64,000 bases of DNA, taken from positions 4,154,001 to 4,218,000 of the forward strand of contig JAYWIR010000008.1 in NCBI GenBank assembly GCA_036172245.1, in the 5' to 3' direction. Made by a program: the position numbers and the translations under genes. Positions 12,012-24,500 of the stretch are shown here, piece by piece (within the stretch, counting starts at the first letter, position 1; each line of letters opens with the position of its first letter). The stretch comes from Raillietiella orientalis (lineage: Eukaryota). Under the pieces are notes generated by a model that searched no databases, had not been told where the DNA came from, and saw only the letters and a list, made by a program, of their open reading frames with translations.

Positions 12012-15000
12012 ATTTACTCGAAACAACTTCCCGATGAAAAGTAAGCGAAATTAAGTTCTGTGGTTAGAGGATCCCCATCCACGTAGAGATTACACAAATA
12101 ATAGATGGTAAGAGATCATTGCAGCCTTCATTGGTTTAATCCAAAAGTCCTTTAACAAGGTCTGGTTTGTGACATTTCACGGGTCGGTGTGGAATAGCAA
12201 AAATGGTTCAGGCAAGGGGCACCCTGAGAAGCAGTCAATGGGCTTTTCTAGCTCGGTTGCTATTATTTCCCCAAATCAAGCCAAGGAGCCCTTAAAGCAG
12301 TCGATTGCTTGGGAAACGTGCACAAACACAAAACAAGATGATGGAAAATTTCAGATACATGTTGGGCGCCGTACATCATGCAGTGTATTTGCATGTAACC
12401 TAATAATTTTTATTATGCAGCTCTGGCCCTGTACACGTGCATATCCATCTAAATACGGTGGAAAAAAAAAAAAAGAAAAAGAAATCCGTGTTCGATGGCT
12501 GGCTCATAGCGGTCAAGAAGTGTGAAGCAAGAAAATCATTCAGCCAGAAGAATATGCACGCGGTTATGACGAACACAAGGTGTACATGCCTGCTCTTTGG
12601 GGGATTTGTACAGACAGTGCAACCAGAAGCAATACAATGACAGTTTCCCAGCTGTGGAATGCAAGCAGTATGGGGAGAATGCCTGACCACGGTGTCCTTT
12701 GGATAAAGCCTTCCCCTGATGTAATGGAACTTGATCCGTTGGGTTTTTTGCATGCGAGGAACTAAATAGCTGCCTCTCCCCATGTGGATTGAAATGCAGT
12801 CTTTGACGCACTTGTTGGTGGATATGTCGCACCGGACACTTGGAGAGTCTTTTCGTCCACATGACCTGTCCGTGGACGAGTGTATTCCTTCTTGCCGTGG
12901 CATCGTGCCGTAGGGAGTGGTGTCCGTAGGGAAGACACGACTTCGTGCACGCCAACCGCACGTTCCCAGCTCGAATGTTCGGGATTCTGTGAGCGCAGTA
13001 AATAGCCACTACGAATTCCCAATAGCCCGAGCATTACTTGAGTTGTAACCACTGTTTTGGAACAGTAAGTTTTCACAGTTGTTTTCACCCTCTTTGTTTT
13101 TTTTCTTTCCTCTTAATGCCGTGGTACTTCCTCATGCTGTGTAGGTGTGTGTGCATATCCATCTTTCAAATTACTTCACCAGCCCAGCCTATAGTTTTGA
13201 TCGAGTTGTAACGCCCTATTCGTTGCCCGCACTGTAAGTGTTTTCTTGTGAAACTCCCTGAGATTTCATTCCTGCTTGAAATCCGCTGCCACATTTAACG
13301 TTCTATTAGTTGAATGAGGCCACCTGGTAGTCTCATGTTTTGCAGCCGCTGATTCAAGTTTTACACGTTCATGTGAACGAAATACAAGCAAACATGACCA
13401 AAAATGGTGAAAGGGTTTGTTAGTTTGGATTCAAATACGTCCATGAGCACATGTTTGGACTAGAGTCTGATGTACAACATTCTAGCTTTTACATTAAGTA
13501 TCAAGTAAAATTGCTCTGCATGTATCCCCAATGAAATTAGCCCAGGCAGTAGGGTGACTGGTTTTTGGTTTTAATTTTTAAAATGGGCACTATCATTTCA
13601 TGTTTTGGTGTGTCTATACCTCATGAAGAAAGTGGTGAAGTAGGTATTTTTGTTTGTTATGGTGTGTTGCTTTTGTGTAATCTGTGAACAAAGTGAAGGG
13701 CACTGGAATGGCAAGAATTCTCAGGTTTCCTTTACCTGGTAGTTGATGGGAGCATGCAGTGTATTTGTGACACGATATTGCAAATTTGTGCATATTTTAC
13801 ACAACTACTATGCCAAACACACGATATTGAGACATTAAACAAGTGCATTTACCAATTAAGTTGGCCATAGTGTTTTATTAATCGATTTTTAATACAACTT
13901 TCAAGTAATGTTTATTTGATTCCTCTTCACTAGTGATTAGCATTATTCGTGCTTGTGATTTCCACATTTCTTCTAATCTAGAAGCAAATTTGTTCAAGTT
14001 ATTTGCTTATTCTCATAAGTATGTTTAATTTTTCGGAAATCACGAAATCACATTATACAACGAAGATGTATGTAGGAATTGATGCGTTTCAGTCTCCTAT
14101 ATTGATGAATTTTCTGGATGGATTTGCACACTTTTCTGTTTGGCGTATCAAAATAGGAATTGGAATAATTACCGAGTTCACTCCAAATTAGTTTATTTTC
14201 GTAAGTGACGTTGATGGTTGCCAAATTTTTATAGTTTCTGTGTAGTCTGTAATGGTTATATTTTATAGTCTAGAATAGTGTATCCTGTTGCCATTGTTAT
14301 GCATTGATATTTCTGCTCTGGTTGGTATGTTACACGTTTTATGGTAATGTGGTTTCTGTATTTTGTGTTTTATCTATTTCAAAGGACATAAAGTTCTGTG
14401 GTGATAAACTGAATTTTTGTGGATGTCTCTTTTCTTTTTGCTGTCAATCACACTGGATTGTAAACCCAAAATTTTTTGCTCATTGTACTTATGCTTTTTT
14501 GTTCTATTTTCTGTTTTTTCATCTTAGGGTTTATTACTTAATCTATAGGGAATATCTTGCAAAATAGCTAGCAGTGATTAAAATGTAATGCAGTTTTGAA
14601 TTTTGCAGTGTATACAGATCATTTATACAGTAACATGTGTATTCATGAATGAAATTCCTAATCAGAAGTTATTTGTGGTGTCCTCATTGTATGACCTTTG
14701 GTATTATTCCAGTTCACACAACAGTTTTCGTGTTCCAAGTTACCTTTGAATCTGTTCTTGCTTTTCCTTTTTTTTAAAAAATCGCTTTAGGAATGTTTTA
14801 TGCTTATTTAAGTATAAATTCGTATTCTTTTAATTCGAATATTTCTCCATATTATTAGTTTTAGTCTTTGGTCTGTTTTGTTAATTGATTTTTCTCTTTT
14901 ATAAAAAAATCTTTTTTATAGTAGATTTTTTTCAAAATAGGTTAAATATATGACAAGTGTATGCATGATTTGCACAGATAAGTGCTTGGTTCTGTCAGGA

Positions 15001-17479
15001 GAACAATTTCGCTGTTATTTGCAGGCTATTTTTTGGGTAACAGATGTACTGATTTATGACAGATAATGTGATATCAGTTACATGGTATTTTAAAGATGGA
15101 TGGATTGTAATTGATGATTTATGTGTTGCTTAATGGAATAAGGTGTGCCATTTGGTATTTAGTTTTTTGTCACAGATCTCTCATTCACTAGTTACTGTGT
15201 GTGAATCTACTGGGATGTTAATTTTGTTTTGTAATGCATTAGACTCTGTTTATGGTGATCAATCATTGACCAGTACTAAGAGACCACTGGAAACATATGC
15301 CTATTTTAATTAATGCCTTATTATTGAACATGTTATGTGTTTCATGAAATGTTCTTTCATTTCAAATCATGTTTCTACTCATTTCTCCAGTTTGCATTGT
15401 TTCCTTGTTTTTATCATAATGTGGATAACCAGTGAAACTGTTTCGCAAGCAGAAATGTTGTGCTCTGCAAAATACCTTTTCTTTTGAGAAGTTTTCTTTT
15501 TTTATAATCACAATTCATTAGGCACACTTAGTGAAAGTGAATTTGGTGATGAAACAGTTTAATTTTTGAAGCAGTATTTGAAGTGCTTGCAGCATCTTGT
15601 AAGTAACATCTTATGAGTTATTGTGAGGGCACCAAATATTGTTTTGTGAAAACAGACTTTGTATTTAGTCTTCTCATATCTTGATAGTATGTTGTACACA
15701 AATATGCATCACAACTCGAGTATGGAGAACGCTGGTAACACTGGTAATACAATATGTATTAATCTTAAACTGTGTATGTGTGTATTACATCGATTTGAGG
15801 TAGCATAGAGTTTTGAATTCGCTTGATCATGCAGTTCATACCAATTATTTGGGTATTATTTGTCTCTCAGAAGGAATAATTTTCTCATGATTTTATGTAC
15901 TAGTGTTTGATTTCTTGTTTCACCATGCAAAAAGACGTTTTGCTTTTGTTCCATTCTTTCTTTAACTTAGCCATCGCTAAATTTGGAGAATTGACGTTTT
16001 CATTATTTAGTGATGTGAATCTGGTGGATCCGAAACACAATGAACCGTATTTATTTGCTTGGTTGGTCTTGACATTGAACATGTGCACAAGATTTTGTGG
16101 AACTGGTTTTGGTTGGCACCCTTCAGAAGGATTTTTTGGTGAACTCTGCATTTTAAGACTCCTCCATGTCTTTTGAATAGTACAGTGTTTCTTCTGAATA
16201 AGGTGTTTCCCTTTTCAGTAATCTCGCATTTTGCCCTCGCAAACCAGTGTTCGGCATGCACGAGAGCTGTTCATGCAAATTTGCATGGGAGCATAGCTTC
16301 ACTAGTGTTTATCCGTTCCTACACGAAGAGTGTTGATCTTTAATTTTCGTAGCTGGTTCGTAGTATGTGTTTGAACTTGCCTAACGTAACTGTGTTGGAT
16401 TTTTGTTTCCCCCCCCCCCCCACACACACACACCCTCCAGAAGTGGAGTTCTTTTCGCGGTAATCCTCCGATCCATTCCCTGATTGCTTTTCCCTGTGGC
16501 TTCCCTTGCTGAGTACCGTACAGAACCCACATTGCAAGTACGCGCACGGCCCCATCCTGCAGTGATTGCGGCGTCCGTTGGTCGGGCACTACCTTTTTTT
16601 TTCTTTCTTTCTTTCTACATGTGGAATTTGATGGTCCTCAAGCTTCACGGAATTGGATAGAGCGAAGCCTGCTGAATTCTCCCCATCCTTTTGTGCATCC
16701 TTCGGGATGCTTCCGATTTTCCTTCCTTTCGGAGCCTTAGCAGCAGAGTTCCCTTCGTGCTGTTGACCACGTTGGCGGATTCCGCGGACGTGTCGTTTCG
16801 GGGGCCTTCGCAGCGCCTTCCTTCCCCTTCGTGCACTTCCAACGGGGAAGTTCGATTTGTACGATTCGAGAGAGTTCCGCCGGTGGTGAACACTTACTTC
16901 CGGGCGCGTGTTCTTCCTGCACGGAGGACCTGCCGTGTCGCCTGCCGCTGCCGTTCGGTGTTCGCCCCACAGACGCGCGCCGGTTTTCGTCAGGAGAAGG
17001 GAGGAATAATCGATTGGATGGTCACATTGACCGGTTCCGAACGTACTCCGTCCGCAGGGGAAAACGACACGCCTGAGCTCCGAAGCTCTGCTGCCCTTTC
17101 CCCCCTTCCGCAAAAAACATAATGGGCAGCCATTCAGCATCTGCATACTTGTTGTGATGGCAATTTTGTGAAATTCGTCTTTCATTGTGTCGTGGAGCAC
17201 ACCGGAAGCGCGAATCCATCACGAGTGTTCTTCTCCCCAGTGGGAGTAAATCACTCCGATGCCGAAGGTGCCGTCTCTCTCCCGAGTGTGTGTTTTTCTT
17301 ACGAAGAGCGAAAGGAAGAGAAGTGCTCCGCAAGAAGCGCTCAAGAGTGTGTTTGTCCCGTGTCCGTTTCTGGTGTGGGCGGATCGTGCCATCCGCATTC
17401 GGTGTGGCTTTCGAATAAAGACAAGTTGCGTTAACATAAAATGCTCTTTATAGTATTGATGACACTTGCAGACCTTGCG

Positions 17480-17898
17480 TTACTTTTTCCCATTGAGTTC
17501 TTCTATCATCTTTTCGAACAGCCCTCTCTCCTCATGCAGCATGAGGGCCTGCAAGCACCCGCTGAAGTAGTCCGTGGTGAAGCAGTTCGATCTGGGCGTG
17601 GAAGAGAGAAAATCGTATTAGCAAGGGAGTCTTTCCTTCCTGCGTGTGGTAATGTAGTCGAAAAGTATGCTTTTCCTCACTGGCAAAATATATGCAGCTC
17701 CGGTTGTCGATAAAGAGCGTAACAGTCCTCGCAGACTTTATCTAAGCGCGCGTAGAGGACCTTGTTGAAAATGCCTTTGCAATTTATGTTGTCGAACGAT
17801 CTTTTACTGAGGGGTCGTGGCATTATAACTGCACTTTCGTACACGCTTACGAAGAACATGAGAAAAAAAATGGAATATTTCGTTTCCTTCATTCCCAT
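17480..17898 (-). CDS. ITP: Ion transport peptide / crustacean hyperglycemic hormone (type I CHH superfamily) prepropeptide, 109 aa
   Basis: Two coding exons, 17898-17681 and 17591-17480, with an 89-nt phase-2 GT-AG intron. Precursor: MGMKETKYSIFFLMFFVSVYESAVIMPRPLS-KR-SFDNINCKGIFNKVLYARLDKVCEDCYALYRQPELHIFCQ/SNCFTTDYFSGCLQALMLHEERGLFEKMIEELN-GKK*. It has a signal-like hydrophobic stretch, short precursor-related peptide, dibasic KR site, six Cys at mature positions 7, 23, 26, 39, 43 and 52, and a GKK amidation signal. Confidence 0.96.
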
Positions 17899-19130
17899 CT
17901 GCAATAATAATATATGAATGCTTTCATTGGTTTGGGTAATAGGGTTCTATAGTTTGTTTTGTATATAACAGAAAGCTTTGATCAACAGTTATACCTTTCT
18001 TTCTCTCCTGTTTTTTTTTTTTTTTGGTTCATTTCGTAACGAGAATTTTCTTTCTACCTGAGTGATCGTGCATCAGCAGACAACGGTTGCGCAGTCACCT
18101 GAGCGGAGCGGACAGAATGTTTGTCGTTCTTTGGGGGACTTAACGGTCTCTGCTGGGAAAGGCTTACGTTCGTGCCCAGCAGCTTAAGGAAGTCTTCGAA
18201 ACGTGCAAGGACACGCTGCCTCTAATTCGTGCCTTGCTTTTTCGACACAGCGAGTGGGGGGGGGGGAGGGTCGCCCATTCCATTTTCCTGCGTCCTTTGC
18301 ATTCCATTTCGTTACCCATCGCTATTTTTGTAGGCACTTCGAACGACATTTCGAAACCTGCCGGCTTTTGCCCACCGAATTTTCTCGTGTCGTTTCTGGC
18401 AGTTCTTCGATCGCCTTCCCTCATCTCCCTCCCTCCCTCCCTCCTTCCTCACCCCCCTCCCCCAAGCCCCTCCATTACATTACTCTGCTTACGGATTCCG
18501 TTCCTGCATTCAAGATTTCGAGCGCGCGCCTGGTGCAAGTTAAAAAACCAATTGGCCTCGTTTTTAGCAGAACACTTTGGTGCTTCTCCGAAAAGGGGGG
18601 AGGGGGGAGGGGAAAAAAAAAAAAAAAAGGAAGCAATGCAACGAGAGCGGCCGAATGTAACAGATTCGAGCGAGACACACACACACTGCACGCGTTGTTT
18701 ATTTATTAATTTTTTTTTTTTTTTCTCTCCTCCCGATCACAAGGCTCGGTCCAGCGTGTGTTCCTCTGAACGTCAGGAGAAGGGCCCTCTTGTTTCAAAC
18801 GAAATTCCGTTCGTTTTATTCGTTCAGGTAGCACCCTGAGCCGCACGCGGCTGTTCCTTCCCTCTTTAAAGCGTGCTTTTACTCCATTTCTCTTTCCGTT
18901 AGCAACAACATGCACATCTTGGTCAACACACCACGTTTGCCCCAAGCAACGGCGCTCGTGAAACACGGCGGGAGACGACGACCATCGCGATCACCGGAAT
19001 TTATCCACCGTGGCTACGTTCACCTTTTCTCTCTCTCTCTCTCTCTTTTCCTCCATCCCGTCTGTACACATTGAAAATCGGAAAATCCGCGAGTGGGGAA
19101 ATTGCATTGGGTACAGTGGCTAAGCATTTG

Positions 19131-19161
<31 letters not shown>

Positions 19162-19237
19162 AAGAAAATTTCAAGTTCAAGCAGCATCATGAATACATAA
19201 AAGAAGCACACAATCAACACAATGCGAACAAACTTAC

Positions 19238-19346
19238 CTTTCCAGATAAAAACGAGATTTTGCATTAACAGCAGTAAAAGTTATTCTAGGGAAAAGATGC
19301 TACGAATCAGGAAATAGAATTTGGGGTTTCCACATCTCTTTATATA
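19238..19346 (-). promoter_or_regulatory. Candidate TATA/Inr core promoter and first exon of the ITP gene
   Basis: On the minus strand, TATATAAA (19346-19339) lies 31 nt upstream of an Inr-like CTATTTC (A at 19315). A consensus donor AAG|GTAAGT follows at 19238/19237, and the ITP ATG exon begins right after an acceptor (ttattattgcag, 17899). Confidence 0.5.
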
Positions 19347-21315
19347 AGGGATCGCATGCTCATATGAGGGATTCCTGCCGCTAAAGTCCAATCAACTCGT
19401 TTGTGTTATGTATTCTGTTTTCGCAATTAATAGGCACTTGATTTTATTTCTTGTATTTTCCATTCCTCTTAATTTTGATGAATTTTCCTCAAGTAGAGGG
19501 ATAATTTGAGCCTCGTTTGTTTTCAGCTTCGAAGGGAATAAATAATCGAATGTACGCTTGAATTAGAAATTCACTATTTGTTTGTTTCTGATTATCTACG
19601 GTATTCCACCATAAGCGCTGTCCCCAATTGTGAGAATGGGATCCTTATACTATTTATAAGACCTTCACTATTTATACCTTTACTATTTATAGGTGGATTT
19701 GTAGGGCATGTTTTTGGATGTATTTAGAGATGTATGTAATCCAAAAATTCCCGCTTGCTAAATGACGATTGCTTGCTGCTGGTGTCACCGCATTAAAAGC
19801 TGGAAGCTACTGGGATCTGTTGTAACAGGAAAGGCTTGCTGGAAGAATTATGTGTGAAGGGTTGATTTTTGCTTCCCTCTTCTCTTCTTGAATCCTTGTT
19901 TTTTATGTTTTCCTTTTTTTTTTTCTCCTTCTTCTTCTTTCTTCTTCTTCTTTTTCTTCCTCCTCTCTTTTCTGAAATGATTTCTTTCTTGTTCAAGCGT
20001 AGGAATGGCTGCAGGTATCGAAGCCAAGTGATTCCCTATTTGGACAAAGGTGCCCAAGCAATTCATATGTTGATACATGCGAGATGGAGGCGCGCTTACG
20101 GTCGTTGTGGTGGGAACTGCGGATTGCGTGTGATCTCATAGGATAGCGTTCGCGACCAGCTGATCACAGTACATAAGCGGTCAAATCGCAGTGTGCACTG
20201 CCATGGCTGCTGGAAAATGCCCTGCCAGGTCTCGAATTTATCTTTGAGCGCGCCGTTGTTTCCATCGTGATGATATGTATTGCATTGCTCGTACAAAAAA
20301 ACACGGGAGCTGCTTTCACGTTTTCTCTAGCGTCAAGTGCATTGTTTTTTGCTTGAATGTACAGTGCGCTTTCCAAAACTGTTTGCAGACGTGAAGTTCA
20401 TGAAAAGGGCGGAAGTTCTTCAGTTCTGCACTGTGGTTTAGGAATGGAAGGGTTACTTTTTGCGCATCGAGGAATGTGAGAGAGTCTGTGGTGCTGAGGA
20501 GGAGGTGGAATCGTTGGTTGGTGTCGTCAGCTGAGAGCGCGGAGTCTGCCCCGGTTGCTCCGTGTTTGTGGACGTGTGGGCGTGCTTCCACGCAGGAAAG
20601 TTGCACCTTCGAGGACCACGGATACGCGGAATCCTTGCTGCTGTCACGGTCGCCTCTATTGGAAAAGTGGAAAGAGGAGGCGTGCGGGGGAATCGTCCCC
20701 AGTCCGGCGGTGTCACGAGCCTAAGACTGCTGGCTGCGGTTGTTTTCGTTTCGCTTGTCTACCGCGCTGGGGTGGTTTCTTGGCCAAGAGTCAAGTTCTC
20801 GAAGCCAACAGGACCTAGTAGGGGAATGGTTGCATTTCTTGTGTTTGCTCCAGCGAACCCAACACCCTGCGTTCACGTTGCCTTGCGCAAGGGCAGCAAT
20901 ATCACAGTCGGGGATGGAAACGGAGACGTGATTATTGCTGGTTGGAAACTTCACGTTGCTTCCGCGTCGACTTCTCAGCTATCGGTCAACCGTCCGTGTC
21001 AAAGTAAACCCCGCCATCATTGCAAGGCGGCGCTGGGTCGGTGTCGCTCTTTGGTCTCACCGCGAGCCTTGCGCCATTTGGCAGAATCATGGCAACTCCC
21101 ATTCAGTGTTCTTCAACTCCCCTACAGCAATAAATTCCGTACACACTCGAGTTAGAACTCGATTTGTCGTCGCTTCACGCAGCAAAAGGACCGATCACTG
21201 GCATCGTAGCATTCGTATTAAGCATTCATCGCAAAGTGTGGTGCAGATGTTTCCGGATTTCCATGTCCGCATGTAGGAACATAACTTTGTGTTTTATGTA
21301 GGTGCTGCTCTCCTA

Positions 21316-21573
21316 ATGGGGTGGAAAATGGAAGTTTACAAAATGGCGCTTTATGTTTCCATCCCTGTGGGTTTGTATTATTTCTACAACACCAGTGATT
21401 ACTTTGAACAATGGCTGCTCGAAAAGAGTAAAACTCTCTATCCTTCCAATTCCCATGACGAAATCATACAGAACGCCATAAAGGAAATGAATAAAGTCGA
21501 AGACGCCAAGCTCTTTGAGAGGTTAAGTCAGGAGGAGGCGAAGAAGGACGTGTCTGCCAAGTTGGTATCCTGA
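21316..21573 (+). CDS. PET100: PET100 cytochrome c oxidase assembly chaperone, 85 aa, single coding exon
   Basis: MGWKMEVYKMALYVSIPVGLYYFYNTSDYFEQWLLEKSKTLYP... matches the PET100 pattern MGxKLE(I/V)x(R/K)MxxYxxxPVxxxxxxNxxxxFE...LxP followed by a charged helical tail. A splice acceptor (ttttatgtag, 21292-21301) lies just upstream of the ATG. Confidence 0.9.
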   Translation: MGWKMEVYKMALYVSIPVGLYYFYNTSDYFEQWLLEKSKTLYPSNSHDEIIQNAIKEMNKVEDAKLFERLSQEEAKKDVSAKLVS

Positions 21574-24500
21574 GTTTATGGTGCGCCCGTTGTTCCGATT
21601 CCGTGTGCTTCGTGAACTGTTCCGGAGTCCACTTACATGCTTTCCCTTGTTGACGGCAATACAACTGGTCATTTTGCATAAGGGGACCCTTGCGGTGCCT
21701 TATTTGGTGCATTTCCCGAAGAAGGCCTTCAACGGGGTCACAGTGTGCATGGGCGTGCATGCACAGTTGGCTTTCTCCGAAACTGTAGGGTTTCGGTTCT
21801 GGCAACGACGACTGTCCGCCGCTGACTTTGCCCCTGAAGGAAAAAAGAAATAAAGAAAAAAAAAACTCCCTGTTTACTGTTCCAAGAATTCGTGCCCAAA
21901 TCGTGCGGAAGACGGCTTTTGCTCGTTGTCCGCCTGCGTTGCAGAATGTGTTCATCGGGTGGGGCACGTGACGGGTTGCGATTCGGCTTGAATTCCTGTG
22001 GAAGTTCTTGCACGGAGCGTGCAAGAGGAAGAGTCGATGCTGCTGTTCTCGGGGCAGAAGAGAGCAGAACACCGAACGGTCAGTGGTCGCGCCTTCTTTT
22101 TCTTTCTTTCTGGATGCCACGTTTTCTCCCATCCCCGTTTGCTCCACCCTTCCCGGTGGTCGTCGGTACGTTCGAATCACCGTCCAGAAGGAGCATGTTC
22201 TCCGGCGCTGCGGCGAAAAGAAAGCATCTCTTCAAAAGCAACCCTTGAAGCAAGGTGAAAAAAGAAAGAAAGAAAAAAAAGGGTTCCAGATCTCCCGCGT
22301 TTAACAGACAGTTAGCACGCGGGAGGAACGATTAGCGCCGATTTTTTGGCAGTGCGGATATTGTGCTGCTCCTGATTGATGGCGCGGACCACGATCGCCA
22401 TTGAAGGTTTAATTAAATTCGGTCGTTAATTGGTAAAAATGGATGTTCGAACCTGTTGCAAGCTGGGGGTCGCAGGATTTTAAAAATATCTGCTCTGCAG
22501 CCTCTCCGGGGTATCAGTCTCCTCGTCGGAGGAGAGGCCGATTTTCGCGGGGGAGGGCAGTCTCCTTGGTCCAGCAACGCGCGCAACGCGAGCCGTTCTC
22601 CGCTTCCGCCGCTGTGCGCATAGTTCGCGTGTACGCCTCATCCCCCGCTCTCCGACCCACCTCTTTTGGTGGGGAGGGAGGGGGTTCTTGAGCACGTTGA
22701 GCGCGTGGGTTGCGTTAGGTCCGACGAGGGAGCTTTCGCGTTCGCCTCATTCCCCCTTCCTTCCCCCTCTCTTCTCGCCCTCCGTCCATAAGGTGTAAGC
22801 TGTTCCCAAATCCCAGCAGCCTTGATGTGAGATCACCAAAGGCTGCGCGCCCCTGTTCCACCCTCGTCGCCCTCAACGCCAGTGAGCACCGGCAAAAGAC
22901 TGTACGCGCACACGCCGTTTTCACCGTGTGCCGCCCACCCCTCGTCTCTTTGGCTCTCCTTGGCGGTCGTCGTCGCAGCCGGAGCGGGTTTCGATCGCTC
23001 GTCGGACCAAACGGTGCGAGGTCCTCTTCGCGCCTCGAACAAACGGGGGCACGCAGGTCGCGATGTATGCCTGCTGCCCGATCGGCATGCATGTCAGTGT
23101 CGTTAGGGCGCGCTCGGAGCAGCGGGCATCTGGGCATGCATTTTTCCAGGACCGTTCGCTCCTCGTGGGAAAACGCGGGGCGCCCCATCGCAAGCAGCGG
23201 TTTCCCGCTGGTTGGCATTCCGGCCCCGGGCCGCCGCGTCCGATTCCTGCTGCGGAACGGTCCTCGCGAAGCATCCGGATGAAAGTTAGGGAGTAAAGCA
23301 GGGAATGTGCGCCTTTTCAGCACGGTTATGGGCCGAAGCGCTAGAGTAATTTTCTTTCCTTGGAGTGGCGCTTTTTCCCGCAACAGTGCGCCCTCTTGTT
23401 TTCGTTTGCATTTGTCTCCTTCTTCCTGTCCCTGGTGGCGCCTGTTTCCATCGGCCGAACGCCCACTACTGACCACCTTGGGCGGTGAGGGGAGGAAGCT
23501 TGCTCGTGGTGTGCTGTCCTCATTGGCTTTGGTTGCTCGATTCACAAATCCCCGCAAGCAGTTTGCTCCTTTCTTCCTGTCCTTGGCGCTGACGATTTTT
23601 TTTTTTTTTCGCACCTGCATGGTCTTCGCCTCTCGAATAGATGCTGCCATCTTAACTGATTGCGAATAAAGGAGGTTGGAAACGTGGTAGTGGGGGTGGG
23701 TGGAGCAACACTACCGATGACCGTTTCCGTTTCCGAAGAGCACGTCGAGCTTCGCGTACGAACCCATCCTGCGGAAGGGGTGTGGCGGCCGCATCGAAGA
23801 CACCATCTCGTTGGAGCGAAGGCGGAGAAAGAGCCGCACCGAGTCGTGGTGGGTGCGTTGAGCCTGGAGGAAACGCCAGAGAGTGTTTTCCCACATAATA
23901 CCGGTGGTACGCAGCATCATTGCGTCCTCGTCTCTTCGATGTCTGTTCGACTGACCTAGCCCGATGGACTCTTTTCCTCTTCCCCTTCCCCCGCTTGCCA
24001 GCTCCTCGCGGTTCTCAGCCTTCCTCTCTTTGCGATTCCTGCTGTTTTCTTTTCCCTCTCTGGGGCTCTCGTTGTTTGGGGCCTTTGTTCCCAGTTCGGC
24101 TCTGGTTCTTCCCATCGTTCCTCGTGGCGACCCGAAACGTCCGGTTCCTTCCAATCAGCACGCGGAGGATGTGGCGCCGCCAGTTTTCAGCGTGGCGCGC
24201 GCGCGTGCGGCACCGTCACCGCCGACGTTTTCTCTGACCACCGGATGCCGTGCCGTGCAACTTCCGCCTCCGGGAGAGAAAGTTCCGATTCCATCATGGA
24301 GTCTCTCGCACCTGGTCAGCGTCCCCGCAACCTTTCCCTCAGGCTAATTTTTTGGGAGAGGCGCGCGGTCTGGGTGTCAGCGTCACCAGGAGGCTCCTCC
24401 ATAGCGCAAAGTGTCGTCGTCCTCTTGCTTTGTGCAGCATCTGCACTCCTATTTCCATGCCTGTTCCTACCCTCCGTTTCGTTGGATCCGAAGCAGGACT

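Noticed and set aside
15900..17200. ORFs 15900..16151(-) and 16589..17200(-) as extra ITP exons or a separate gene
   Set aside because: No CHH-type Cys pattern, no recognisable domain and no consistent splice chain.
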